NCBI GenBank assembly: GCA_963843845.1
Contig: CAWJMB010000005.1
Location: 1-64,000, forward strand
From: an uncultured Gemmatimonadaceae bacterium
GTDB lineage: Bacteria > Gemmatimonadota > Gemmatimonadetes > Gemmatimonadales > Gemmatimonadaceae
Direction of reading: 5' to 3'
DNA: 64,000 bases
A program made the position numbers and the translations under genes. Positions 50,897-61,997 of this stretch are shown here, in pieces (the stretch's first letter is position 1; every line of letters begins with the position of its first letter). The notes under the pieces are model-generated. The model worked only from the letters and a program-made list of their open reading frames with translations. It made no database searches and was not told the origin of the DNA.

Positions 50897-52276
50897 GTGG
50901 ACGCGGCACGACTGCGGGCGGCCGGGCTCAGCGTCGCGGCCGCGGACGGGCACGTCGTGCTGTTCGCGCGCGCCCGCGCCGCTCTCGACGCACTGCGCGG
51001 CGAGACGCGCGGCGCCGACTCGGGCCCGGCCCTCGCCCCGCCCGACGATGCGCTCGCGGTCGACGCGTTCTGGGTGCCGGGGCGCGTCGAGCTGCTCGGG
51101 AAACACACCGACTACGCCGGCGGGCGCAGTCTGCTGTGCGCGATCGAGCGCGGCGTCTGTCTCGTCGTCGCCGCGCGGCGCGACGCGCGCGTTCGTATCG
51201 TGGACGCCGTCCGGCACGGCGAGATCGTCGACGGATCGCTCGACGCCGAGGCGACCGGGGGGGCGTTCGACAGAGCGTCCGCGGCGGCGCCCGGATGGGC
51301 GCCGTATCCGTCGACCGTCGTGCGGCGACTCGCACGCAACTTCGGCCCGTCGCTGCGCGGCGCCGACATCGCGTTCGCGAGCGACCTCCCGCCGGCGGCC
51401 GGGATGAGCAGCTCGAGCGCGCTCATGATCGCGATCTTCCTCGCGCTCGCCGCGGTGAATCGCCTGGCGGAGCGCGACGCGTACCGTCGATCCATCCACA
51501 CGCCGGAGGATCTCGCCGGCTACCTGGGCACGGTCGAGAACGGGCAGAGCTTCGGCGCGCTGACCGGCGACGCGGGGGTCGGGACGTTCGGCGGGAGTCA
51601 GGACCACACGGCGATTCTGTGCGCGCGCCCCGACGCGCTCGTGCAGTACGCGTTCTGTCCCGTGCGGTTCGAGCGCGCCGTCCCGCTGCCACGCGACCAC
51701 GTGCTGGTGATCGCGTCGAGCGGCATCGCGGCGGAGAAGACCGGCGCGGCTCGCGAGCGCTACAACCGCGCGTCGCTCGCCGTGCGGGCGATCGTCGCAG
51801 CGTGGAACGCCGCGACCGGACGCGCCGACGCCACGCTCGCCGATGCGCTCGACTCGGCGCCTCACGCGCGGCAGCGATTGCGCGCGACGCTCGCCGGCGA
51901 TCACGCCGATCGCGTCGAGCAGTTCGTGCTCGAGAGCACCGAGATCATCCCGGCGGCGGGCGACGCGCTCGTACTCGGCGACCTCGAACGGCTCGGCGCG
52001 CTCGTCGATCGCTCGCAGCGGGCGGCGGAGCAGTGGCTCGGCAATCAGATCGCCGAGACGGCGTGGCTCGCGCGCGAGGCACGCTCGGCGGGCGCGGTGG
52101 CGGCGTCGGCGTTCGGGGCGGGATTCGGGGGGAGCGTGTGGGCGCTCGTGCCGGAGTCGGCGGCCGAGGCGTTTCGCGTGCGGTGGGCGGAAGGGTATGC
52201 CGCACGATTCGCGGAGGCGGCGCCGCGTGCGCAGGTCTTCTGTACGCGTGCCGGGCCGGCAGCCGTGCGGCTCTGA
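50897..52276 (+). CDS. Galactokinase-family (GHMP) sugar kinase
   Basis: PGRVELLGKHTDY, PPAAGMSSSSAL, GAGFGG. Confidence 0.88.
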   Translation: MDAARLRAAGLSVAAADGHVVLFARARAALDALRGETRGADSGPALAPPDDALAVDAFWVPGRVELLGKHTDYAGGRSLLCAIERGVCLVVAARRDARVRIVDAVRHGEIVDGSLDAEATGGAFDRASAAAPGWAPYPSTVVRRLARNFGPSLRGADIAFASDLPPAAGMSSSSALMIAIFLALAAVNRLAERDAYRRSIHTPEDLAGYLGTVENGQSFGALTGDAGVGTFGGSQDHTAILCARPDALVQYAFCPVRFERAVPLPRDHVLVIASSGIAAEKTGAARERYNRASLAVRAIVAAWNAATGRADATLADALDSAPHARQRLRATLAGDHADRVEQFVLESTEIIPAAGDALVLGDLERLGALVDRSQRAAEQWLGNQIAETAWLAREARSAGAVAASAFGAGFGGSVWALVPESAAEAFRVRWAEGYAARFAEAAPRAQVFCTRAGPAAVRL

Positions 52277-52343
52277 ACGGTCGTGCGCAGGTGCGCCGCC
52301 AGCGTGCTCCGGGACGAGCGGCGATTACGGCGGGACCTGTGCC

Positions 52344-52777
52344 TCAGATCGCCGCACCGATCTGCCCCAGCACGATGAGATCGAGCACCGCCAGCGCCCC
52401 CCTTGCACGATCACCCCGATCCCGGCGCCCACCGCCCCGAGCCGCCGCCCGAACATCCACCCGGCGATCGCGAGCGTCGCCCCGACGCCGACGTAGCCCG
52501 CGTCGAGTCCGACGTTCAGCCAGAGCAGTCGCGCCACGCGCTCCGCTCCCGAATAGTCGCGCAGCGCCAGCCCCCGCAGGGCCACGAGCGCGATCGCGAG
52601 GTCGACCGCGCCCCACGCCGCCGTCTGGATCGCGAAGTGCCGCACGAGCGGCGACCGCTGCCGCCGGAGCACGAGCAGCGCGACGAGCAGCGATCCGACG
52701 AGCACGCACGCCGCACCCCACACGCCGACGCGGAGCAGATGCGCGCGTTCGAGCGCGAGAAACGTGTCCGACCACAT
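52344..52777 (-). CDS. Small multi-pass membrane protein (frameshift near 52400)
   Basis: Four hydrophobic segments, LWLNVGLDAGYV. Confidence 0.6.
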
Positions 52778-52885
52778 GGCGCGGAGTCTAACGACGTCGA
52801 GGCGATGGCCGACACGCGCGCGACACGCGCGACACGCGAGCGGCGCGCCAGCGGCGCCGGCACCAGTCGTGCCTCGTGCGACCGC

Positions 52886-53932
52886 ATGCTCGTCACCCGC
52901 ACCGATTTCGGGCTCTATCTCCCCGCCGCCGACCTGCACCTCGATGCGCGCCGCGCGCCCGGCACCGTGTACGTCTCGCACGCCCACAGCGACCACTGCT
53001 CGTTCGCCGAGCACATCGTCTGCACGCCGGAGACGGCCGCGCTGCACACCGCGCGGCGCGGCGCGCGCGAGACGGTGACGATCCCGTTCGACAGACCGAC
53101 GCCCGTCCGCGACGCGACCGTCACGCTCACCCCCGCCGGTCACACGTTAGGCAGCGCGATGATCGTCGCCGAATCGGCCGCGGGGCGCGTGGCCTACACG
53201 GGCGACTACAAGCTGCGCGCGAACCCGTTCTCGCCGCCCGTCACGATCCCGCGCGTCGACACGCTGATCATGGAATGCACGTTCGGCGAGCCACGCTACC
53301 GCTTTCCGGCGGACGACGCGCTGGTGCGGCAGCTGCACGCGTTCGTCGCCGCCGCGTTCGACGAGGGCGCCGTCCCCGTCGTGCTCGGCTACGCGTTAGG
53401 CAAGGGGCAGGAGGCGCTGTGGCACCTGCTGCGCGCCGGCTTCGACGTCTCGGTGCACGGCGCGATCGCGAACATGTGCGATCTCCACGTCGCGCTCGGC
53501 CACCCGTTCCCGGGACCGGGGACGTGGGCGCGCTACACGCGCGACGATCTGCTCGTGCCGGACGCGCCGCGCGTCCTGCTCTCGGTGCCGAACACGCGCA
53601 AGTCGCCGATGGTGCAGAAGCTTCCGAAGAAGCGCGTCTGCCTGCTCACCGGGTGGGCGCTGCACCCCGGGGCGTGGAACATCTACAAGGACTGCGACCT
53701 CGTGCTGCCGCTCTCCGACCACGCCGACTTCGACGAGCTGGTCCGCACGGCGACGGAGAGCGGCGCGTCGAAGGTCTACACGGTGCACGGCCTGCCGAAG
53801 TTCGCCGAGCACCTGCGATCGTTAGGCATCGACGCCGAACACCTGATCGACCACCCGAACGACGCGGAGGCGGGCGACGTGCCGCCGGGCGGGACGGCCG
53901 CGGCGCGGGGGCAGCTCGGGCTCGACCTCTAG
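52886..53932 (+). CDS. Ligase-associated metallo-beta-lactamase-fold (beta-CASP-like) exonuclease
   Basis: SHAHSDH, AGHTLGS, YTGD, ECTFG, YALGKGQ, LSDHAD, TVHG. Confidence 0.88.
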   Translation: MLVTRTDFGLYLPAADLHLDARRAPGTVYVSHAHSDHCSFAEHIVCTPETAALHTARRGARETVTIPFDRPTPVRDATVTLTPAGHTLGSAMIVAESAAGRVAYTGDYKLRANPFSPPVTIPRVDTLIMECTFGEPRYRFPADDALVRQLHAFVAAAFDEGAVPVVLGYALGKGQEALWHLLRAGFDVSVHGAIANMCDLHVALGHPFPGPGTWARYTRDDLLVPDAPRVLLSVPNTRKSPMVQKLPKKRVCLLTGWALHPGAWNIYKDCDLVLPLSDHADFDELVRTATESGASKVYTVHGLPKFAEHLRSLGIDAEHLIDHPNDAEAGDVPPGGTAAARGQLGLDL

Positions 53933-53963
53933 GCCGGATCGCGGGTACGTTCGCCGTGTGCGT

Positions 53964-54047
53964 TCGACAGAAGGAACAGAAGGAACAGAAGCACTGCTCT
54001 GGTGGCCTCGGTTCGGTGCCTTCTGTTCCTTCGGTTCCTTCTGCCGA
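53964..54047. repeat. Nonamer-based palindromic element, copy 4
   Basis: TCG(ACAGAAGGA)x2-ACAGAAG, spacer, CCTTCTGT-TCCTTCGGT-TCCTTCTGCCGA. Confidence 0.8.
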
Positions 54048-54086
54048 CGACGCGCGAGCCGAGCGCGAACGCCGAGCGGCCAGGCG

Positions 54087-56352
54087 TCAGGGGACGCGCC
54101 GCGGCGTCGCCGCGCCGGCGGTCGGGTCGGGGAGCGTCACGCGATGCGGGAGCACGACGTCGAACGGCAGGCGCGACTCGCCCGGAGCGGCGCGGAGCGC
54201 CGCGGTCGACGGCACCGTGTACGCGTCCGCCGCGCCCGCGCCGACCTGGTAGCCGAGGTCGCGCAGCGCGCCGACGGTGATCGCGCTCAGCGGATTCGCG
54301 CGGCCGGCGTTGTAGTAGCCCGTCATGAGCTCGGCGTCGAGCACCTCCTCGCGCCAGTGCGCGCCGGCCGTGCCGTCCCCGCCGCCGCTCTCGACGGGGA
54401 CCGCGGTCGGATTCCACCGCGTCCCGCCCGCGGTGCGCCACGCGGAGACGGCGTTGAGCCCCGTGAACTGGGGGTCGGCGGAGGTGGCGCCAGTCAGGAA
54501 GTCCGTCCACGCGGACGACGCGCCGACGCCGAGCGTGTGCATCATCTCGTGCAGCAGGATGTCGGTGAGACGGTCGGTGGACGTGCCGACATCGGATTCG
54601 TCGATCTCCGCCGCCGACACGCGCACCAGACTGTTGCGCCAGGTGAGGCACGGACCGGCCCGCGCGAGCGCCTGCCCGGGACCGTCGATGGGGATCACGG
54701 CGACGAACAGCAGGTGGTTGCGCACCGTCGCCGTGAGTGGCGAGGGGATCCACGCGCCGCAGAAGCCCATGTCGTACGCCGTCAGCGACTGCGTCCCGAC
54801 CGACGTCGTGACGACCGCGCGGATCCGGCGCACCGCCGCCTCCGCAGCGGTGCGCACGGCCGCCGGCACGGTGCCGACGTAGCGCACCTCGATGTCGTAC
54901 GTGCCGGCGCCGGTCGGCGCCGCGGTGACGGAATAGCTGTATGTCGCGCGCGGCGCCGGTCGAGTGCAGCGGGCCGACGTAGAACACGCCGCTCGCCGCC
55001 CCGACGCGCTCCGTCGGCAGCACCACCGCCGCCTCGCCGGCCGCGCTCGTCGCCTGCGTGAGCGGGACGTAGCCGTTCTGCTCCCACGTGACGAGAACGC
55101 CGGCCTGGGGCGTGCCGCCGGCGTCGGTCACGCGCGCCCGGATCATCGTGCGGTCGCCGACGGCGGCCGTCACCGGGTTCGCGCCGACGATCGCGATGCG
55201 CTGCGCGCTCCCGCTGACGACCTGCACCGTCGCCGTCCCCGTGCGCCCCTCGCTCGACGCCGTGAGCGTCGCCGAACCGGCCGCGATGCCGCGTACGGTG
55301 CCGCCCGCGTCGACCGCCACGATCGAGGAATCGCTCGACGCCCACGCGACCGTCCGGCCACTCAGCGCGGTGCCGGCGGCGTCGCGCGGCTGGGCGACGA
55401 GCGTCTGCGTTCCGCCGACGGCGAGCGACGTCGTCGCCGGCGAGACGACGACCGTCGCGACGGCGGCCGGCGCCGTGCTGCCGGTCGACAGCCGGTTCAC
55501 CGACGTGACCTGCCCGCCGGCGAGCTCGAACACCTCCCACGTGGTGCCCGACCCCGAGGGCACCGCGAACGAGCGGGCGAGCTGGCTTCCCACATAGACG
55601 TCGACGCGCGCGCCGGACGCGCTGAGTGCGACCTCGCGCGAGTAGTTGACGACGCGATACCGATAGACGCCGGCCCGCTGTCGCGCGATCGTGACCGTCT
55701 CCGGGCCGCGCCCGCTGACGACGTCCACGTCCTTGCAGGCGTACGGCTCGGCCGTGCAGCTGCCGCCGTCGCTCGACGAGACGCCGAACGGCGCCCCGCT
55801 CGCGGTCGGCCCGTCGAGCTCCGCGTCGAGATCGGTGGGCAGCGCGTTCCACGAGAGCACGACGCGCACGGGTCCCGACCCGACCGACGGCGTCACGGCG
55901 CGGAACGTCGCGTAGACGATCGCGTTCCCCGACACCGGATCGACGGCGCGCACCTCGACCCGCTGCGTGTCGGCGCTCTCGGCGCCGAGCGTCCACCGGT
56001 CGGCGGCACGCCCCTGTGCGTCGGTCGACGCGGCCCCGGCGAACACCGAGCCGCCGCCGGCGACGACGCGGAAGTTCACGACGTAGCCACCGACCGGCCG
56101 ATTCGCCTGGTCGACGACCTGGACGCGGAGCGGCGTCGGCAGCTCCTTCCCGGCCGTCCCCACCTGCACGTCGCCGTCGACGACCTGCACCGCGAGCGAG
56201 GTCACGGCCGGGCCCGCGCGCTCGGCCGCCGTCGAGACGGGATCGGTGCCGCACGCTGCGACGAGCGCCAGCATCACACCACCCGGCCACGCCTGCGCCG
56301 CGGCCCAGCGCATCCGCGCGACAGGAGTCTGCCGCGTCGCTCGAGCATGCAT
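54087..56352 (-). CDS. Lipoprotein with Ig-like domains and leishmanolysin-like (M8) metallopeptidase (frameshift near 54940)
   Basis: LVAAC lipobox, Big-type repeats, LSW..DLD..GPE domain, HEMMHTLG, AHWREE...ELMTG. Confidence 0.75.
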
Positions 56353-56513
56353 TCGTGTGGGGGGTGCGAGGAGGGAGGACCGACAGCGGCGTGCGGGTGG
56401 CGCGCCAACATGGGGACACATGAGCCCGCCCGCAACGTCGCGCCTGCGCGACGACCGCGGCGCGATGTGGGGGGCGGCCGGGCGGCGGCATCAGAATCGC
56501 CTAGCGAACGTGC

Positions 56514-58220
56514 ATGGCCGACGACGCGGACGACACGCTGGGCGCCGATTCCTTTCAGCGGTGGACGACCGTCGCCGACGAGGTCCGCGCGACGACGAAG
56601 CGCCTCGCCAAGAGCGCCGCCCTCGAACGCTACCTTCCGACGCTCGCCAGCGACGACACCCTCGCGATCGCCGCCCGCTTCTTCGCCGGCCAGGTCTTCC
56701 CACGCCACGACATGCGCACGACGCAGGTCGGTGGGCGCGCCGTGTTCGACGCCGTCGTCGCGCTGAGCGGGGTCGACGAGGAGGAGGTCCGCGAGCGGTC
56801 GATGATGGCCGGCGAGATCGGCGACCTCGCGCGCGAGCTGTTCGCCGACCGCGCGCCGAGCGGCAAGACGGTAGGCGAGGTGGCGGAGGCGTTCGCGACG
56901 CTCGCCGCGACGCCGGGGAGCACGGCGCGGCGCGCCCTCGTGCGGACGCTGCTCGCGTCGTTCGGCGCGGCCGAGATGCAGTACGCGATCAAGCTGCTGC
57001 TCGGTGGCGAGCTGCGCATCGGCCTCAAGGAGGCGCAGGTCGAGGAGGCCGCGGCGAGGGCGTTCGGCCGGCCGCTCGCGTCGCTGCGCCAGGCGGCGCT
57101 GCTCCGCGGCGACGTCGGCGAGATCGTGGTGCTCGCGCGGCACGACCGGCTGCACGAGGCGCGGCTGTCGCTCTTTCATCCGTTGGGCTTCATGCTCGCG
57201 CAGCCGCTCGAGACGGCGGACGAGATCGTCGAGACGCTCTCGCTGCCCTTCGCCGTCGAGGACAAGTACGACGGCATCCGCGCGCAGGCGCACGTCGGCG
57301 CGGACGCCGCCGGCACGGGCGGCCGCGCGCCGCGCGTCGCGCTCTACTCGCGGACGCTCGACGAGGTCACGCACGGCTACCCCGACGTCGCCGCCGCGCT
57401 CGCCCGGCTCCCCGACGGGTTACCGCGCGCGCGCGGGCTCATTCTCGACGGCGAGCTGATCGCCGTCGACCCTGCCGACCCGACGCGCGCCCTCCCGTTC
57501 AAGGCGCTCCAGCGGCGACTCGGCCGCAAGGCGCCGGACGCGGCGCTGCTCGCCGAGGTGCCGGTGCAGCTCGTCGTCTACGACGTGCTCGCGTGGGACG
57601 GCGCGCTCGTCATCGACGAGCCGTACGAGACGCGACGCGGGCGCCTCACGGCGATCGCCTGGCCCGAGCCCACGGTCCGGCTCGCGCCGAATCGGCTCGT
57701 GTCGACGGCCGACGAGGTCGAGGCGGCGTTCACGAGCGCGCGCGCCGCGGGGAACGAGGGGCTGATCGCCAAGGCGCTCGCGTCGCCGTACACGCCCGGC
57801 CGGCGCGGCAAGCTGTGGGTCAAGCTGAAGAAGGCGCTCGCGACGCTCGACGTCGTCATCACCGGCGCCGAGCGCGGGCACGGGCGGCGCGCGAAGGTGC
57901 TCTCCGACTACACGTTCGCCGTGCGCGCGTCGGAGTCGGACCCGACGCTCCTGAACGTCGGCAAGGCGTACGGCGGGCTGACCGACGTCGAGATCGCGGC
58001 GCTCAGCGAGCGCCTCATCGCCACTACGACGCAGCGCTTCGGGCGCTTTCATCAGGTGACGCCCGAGATCGTGCTCGAGGTGACGTTCGATGTCGTGCAG
58101 CCGTCGGCGCGGCACAAGGCGGGGTTCGCGCTTCGGTTTCCGCGGATCGTGCGGATCCGGGACGACAAGCCGGCGACCGAAGTCGATACGCTCGACAAGG
58201 TGAGAGCGCTCGCGAACTGA
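56514..58220 (+). CDS. ATP-dependent DNA ligase
   Basis: EDKYDGIR, LDGEL, YDVL, EGLIAK, WVKLK, LDVVI, LRFPRI.RIRDDK. Confidence 0.95.
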   Translation: MADDADDTLGADSFQRWTTVADEVRATTKRLAKSAALERYLPTLASDDTLAIAARFFAGQVFPRHDMRTTQVGGRAVFDAVVALSGVDEEEVRERSMMAGEIGDLARELFADRAPSGKTVGEVAEAFATLAATPGSTARRALVRTLLASFGAAEMQYAIKLLLGGELRIGLKEAQVEEAAARAFGRPLASLRQAALLRGDVGEIVVLARHDRLHEARLSLFHPLGFMLAQPLETADEIVETLSLPFAVEDKYDGIRAQAHVGADAAGTGGRAPRVALYSRTLDEVTHGYPDVAAALARLPDGLPRARGLILDGELIAVDPADPTRALPFKALQRRLGRKAPDAALLAEVPVQLVVYDVLAWDGALVIDEPYETRRGRLTAIAWPEPTVRLAPNRLVSTADEVEAAFTSARAAGNEGLIAKALASPYTPGRRGKLWVKLKKALATLDVVITGAERGHGRRAKVLSDYTFAVRASESDPTLLNVGKAYGGLTDVEIAALSERLIATTTQRFGRFHQVTPEIVLEVTFDVVQPSARHKAGFALRFPRIVRIRDDKPATEVDTLDKVRALAN

Positions 58221-58313
58221 CCGTTCGGCTCTCTGCTCACGCGGTGCGTACGGCGTCGGCGAGACGGCGCCGCACCGACTGCGAAGTACCGCCGACGCCG
58301 GGAAGCGGGAGCG

Positions 58314-60230
58314 CTAGATGGAAGGCACCGCGTCGTCCCACAACACCAACCCCCGCACGCGCGCCCCCGCCCCCCGCAACCGCTCCACCTCCCGCGCCAA
58401 CCCGGCGAGCGAGGTATGCCCCGCCCGCGCGCACACGATCACGTCCGGCGCGATCTGGAGCGGCTGCGCTCCCATCTCCCCCGGCGGCGCACCGAGGACC
58501 GCGAAGTCGTAGCGCCGCGCGAGCCGCCCAAGGTCGAGGCGAAGCGTGTCGAGCGCGGAGTCGGTCACCGGGCCGCCGACCGGGGCGGCCGCGAGACCGG
58601 CGGGAACGACGTCGACCGTCAGGTCGCGCCCGACCGCGACCGGCACGATCGCCTCGGCGAGCGGCAGGTTCGAGCGCGCGAGGTCGGAGAGCCCGAGCCG
58701 GCCGCGAACGCCCAACGCCGACGAGAGCAGCGCGCGCCCCATGTCGGTGTCGACGACGAGCGTGCCGCGTCCGTCGACCGCGGCGATCGCGGCGACGTTC
58801 AGGGCGACCGTCGCAACGATCGCCGGGTCGTCGCCGGTGAGCGCGACGACGGGGATCGACGCGCCGGTCGCCGCGAGGCTCAGGTACAACATCCGATAGC
58901 TCTCGACCGACGGGTCGATGAGCGCGGGCAACGTCACGTCCCGGTCCGCCGCGCGGCGCGTCCGCTCGGCGGTCACGCTGTCGGGGCGCACGACGGCGAG
59001 CACGCGAGTCCGCGACACCCGCTCCGCCTCGCCGGCGTCGGCGACCCGGGGACGACGGATCTCGCTGCCCAACAGCACGGCGAACGCCAGCACGAGCGCG
59101 AGCGTGATCGCGCTCGCCAACATCGCGCCCGGCGGCGCCTCGACGTTCGCCTGCGCCCGCGCGGTCGCGACGCGTCGGTCGACGGCCTCGTTGCGCACGC
59201 GGGCCGCGGCGAGCCGCGCCTCCGCGCTGTCGCGCTGCTGCCGCATGGCCAGGCTCGCGGCCGTCTCGGCGGTCGTGTCGACGACGACCGGTGCGGCCGC
59301 GATCGTCCTGTCGAGCGGCTGGGCGTCCGGCGCGGTCCCCGGCACCGCGTTCGGCACCCCGGCCGCGTTCGGAACCCCGGCGGCGCCCGGCACCGGCGGC
59401 GCGGGCACCGTCGGCAGCCGGCGCACTCGGCGCACTCGGCGCGACGTTCGGCGCTCCGGGGGCTGGCGCCACGCTGTCGCCGCCGCTGAGCGCCGCGAGC
59501 TGGTCGCGCACCGCCGACCGCTGCCGGTCGGCGACCCCGTCGATCGAGCGGCCGAGTCGGTTGATCGTGTTCGTGAGCTGCACGTAGATCGGATCGACGC
59601 CGCTCACGACGCCGAACGCCTCGCGCTCGCGCTCCACGTCGTCGAGCGAGTCGACGAGCACGCGCACGCGCGCGTCGTCGCGGAGCGCGCCCGCCTCGGC
59701 GAGCGCGCGGTACGATGTCGGCAGCGGCGGCCGTCTGCGGCGCGGCCGATGAGGCGATCGAGTTCGGCGACGAGGTCGTCAGCGAGTCGCGGCGCGCAGC
59801 GCCGCCGGCGGCGAGCGCGGCGGCGGCTCGCGCCGCGCGCGGCAGCCGCGTACGCTGCGGCGCGCGCGCGGGCCCCCGCCGAGCGCCTCGCCTGCAGCGC
59901 GGAGTCGGCGGCGACGAACGCGGCGCGCGCCTGGACGGCGTCGGCCGCGAGGGCGAGCGTGTCGACCTTCTCCCCGGGGCGCGGCGCGGCGAGACACGCG
60001 AGGCGAGCCGCCTGGCGCGGCAGCAGCACGATCGTGAGCAGCGACGCGACGAGCATGACCGCGGCGAGCCCCGCGAACTGCCAGCGCCGCCGCAGCGCGT
60101 TGCGCGCCCGCGCCGCGGCCCACATCGCGCTGAGCTGCGTGCGCGACGCGCCGCTGCCGAGCTCCTCGCGCGGCACGTGGAACGAGCCCGTGTTGCGCGC
60201 GACTCTGCGGATCGCGTCGACGGTCGCCAT
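58314..60230 (-). CDS. Wzc/CpsD-like chain-length/tyrosine-kinase-like membrane protein, degenerate P-loop (several frameshifts)
   Basis: TM, coiled coil, TM, then ESYRML, TLVVDTDM, GLSDL, GLVLW. Confidence 0.6.
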
Positions 60231-60253
60231 GAAGGGAAGCTAGCCCCCGACCG

Positions 60254-61204
60254 TCAGTCCGAGGACGGCGCGGGCACGCGCTCGCTCAGATCGCGCGCGA
60301 GCCGCAGCACGGCGCGCTCTTTCGCCTTCGCCTCGACGTCGACCGTGAGGTCCATCGACAGCCACGCCTCGGGGACGTCGGCGACGTCGATGTAGTCGGC
60401 GTGTGGGCGCGCGTTCTTCGCGTCCCACCCGTCGCGCGGCGACGAGACGTGGAACCACGGCTCGCAGGCGAGCGGGCCGAGCGTCCCCGTGTCGCGCGCG
60501 GACCAGGTCGCGGCGGCCAGGTGGCTCGCGTCGGCCGTCGACAGATCGTCCGGGTTGCAGCGATGGTGGTGCGAGTCGTAGACGAGCGGCACGCCGGTGC
60601 GCGCGCAGAGCGGCAGCAGATCGCGCGGCGCGAACAGCCGGTCGTCGTTCTCCAGCGCGAGCCGCGCGCGCGCCGTCGGCGACAGGAGGTCGATCGTCCG
60701 CTCGAGTCGCTCGAGCGCCGCGTCTGTCCCGCCGGCGGCGCCGCCGACGTGCAGCGTCACCGTGTCGGCGCCGACGAGCGCGGCGACGCCGCACTGGAAC
60801 TCGAACTCCTCGATCGACGCCGTCCGGACGCTCTCGCGCTCCGAGTTCAGCACGACGAACTGGTCGGGGTGAAAGCTCAGGCGCACGTTCAGCTCGCGGG
60901 CGAGCGGCGCCACCGCGGCGAACGCGTCGCGGAGCAGCGGGCCGTCGTTCAGCGCGTCGATCGTGTAGCCGGTGACGGGGTGCGTCGCGAGCGGCAGGAT
61001 CTGGCTGTTGATGCGGAACGCGCCGATGCCCAACGCGCGGCACGTGCGCACCGACTCGGCGAGGGCGGCGGCGTTGTTCTCGGCGATGCCGGTGAGGTAG
61101 GCACGGCCCGCCTCGGCGTCGAGGCCGGAGACGTAGCGGTGCGTCGCCGTGCGGAACTTGATCGGGTGATCGACGAAGAGGCAGCAGAGACCGAGACGCA
61201 GCAT
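60254..61204 (-). CDS. uvsE: UV DNA damage repair endonuclease
   Basis: RLGLCC, FRINSQILP, RLSFHPDQF, LENDD, YDSHHH, HADY, VEAKAKE. Confidence 0.93.
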   Translation of the reverse strand: MLRLGLCCLFVDHPIKFRTATHRYVSGLDAEAGRAYLTGIAENNAAALAESVRTCRALGIGAFRINSQILPLATHPVTGYTIDALNDGPLLRDAFAAVAPLARELNVRLSFHPDQFVVLNSERESVRTASIEEFEFQCGVAALVGADTVTLHVGGAAGGTDAALERLERTIDLLSPTARARLALENDDRLFAPRDLLPLCARTGVPLVYDSHHHRCNPDDLSTADASHLAAATWSARDTGTLGPLACEPWFHVSSPRDGWDAKNARPHADYIDVADVPEAWLSMDLTVDVEAKAKERAVLRLARDLSERVPAPSSD

Positions 61205-61234
61205 CGACCGGGAGGGCGAGAACGCGAGGGCAGC

Positions 61235-61272
61235 AAAGCGAGAGCGCCGGACCCGAGGAGGGCCCGGCGCTC
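61235..61272 (-). terminator. Terminator-like hairpin after the cupredoxin gene
   Basis: GAGCGCCGG...CCGGCGCTC stem with a short U-rich tail on the minus strand. Confidence 0.5.
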
Positions 61273-61300
61273 GCCGAACAGTGAAAGAACGGGGCCGGTC

Positions 61301-61805
61301 TTACTGCGTGACCGTGATGACGCCCTTCATGTTCATCGCGAGGTGCGGCGTGCAGTTGTAGTTGTACGTTCCGGCCGGAACGCCCGCGAACGAGACGGTG
61401 ACCGACTCGCCGGGGTTGTTCAGCAGATTGCTCTGCAGCTCGGCCATCTTGGCCGAGATGTTCGCGTCGAGCTGCGCCGTCGCGCCAGCCGGAATGCCGG
61501 CCGGATCGAACGCGACGTTGTGCGGGCCGCCCGAGACGAAGGTGAACTTCACCGCATCGCCGACCTTGATCTCGAAGTTCGCCGGGCTCGAACCGGTAGC
61601 CCTGCGCGTCGCCGATCATCTTCACTTCGTGCGTCGTGCCGGTCGCCGGGGCCATCGCAGCCGTGCCGGCCGCGGGCGTCGCCGGGGCCGGAGCCATCGC
61701 CGTCGTGTCCGACATCGCAGCCGTCGAATCCGCCTTCTTCTCACCACCACCGCAGGCGCCGAGGACGAGCGCGCCGGCAGCAAACGCATACGCGTAGAAA
61801 CGCAT
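61301..61805 (-). CDS. Plastocyanin/azurin-family blue copper lipoprotein (frameshift near 61580)
   Basis: LGAC lipobox; type-1 Cu ligands PHNV and YNCTPHLAMNM. Confidence 0.88.
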
Positions 61806-61997
61806 TGTAGAGAGGCCTCCTAAGCCGTTCTCTTTCGAGCTGAGGCGGACCCACACCATGCGGACCCGCGGATCGCCGGAATGCTCCGGCAGCCGGGCAG
61901 TCTATCCGCCCGTGGGATGGAATGCAATCGCACCTCATCCCGTATGCCATACGGTGCTCGGCCGCGCGAAGTTCCCTCGCGGCTCCCTCGGCTCGGG

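Noticed and set aside
17369..54047. Nonamer repeats as a CRISPR array
   Set aside because: Dispersed inverted units, not regularly spaced direct repeats; no cas genes.
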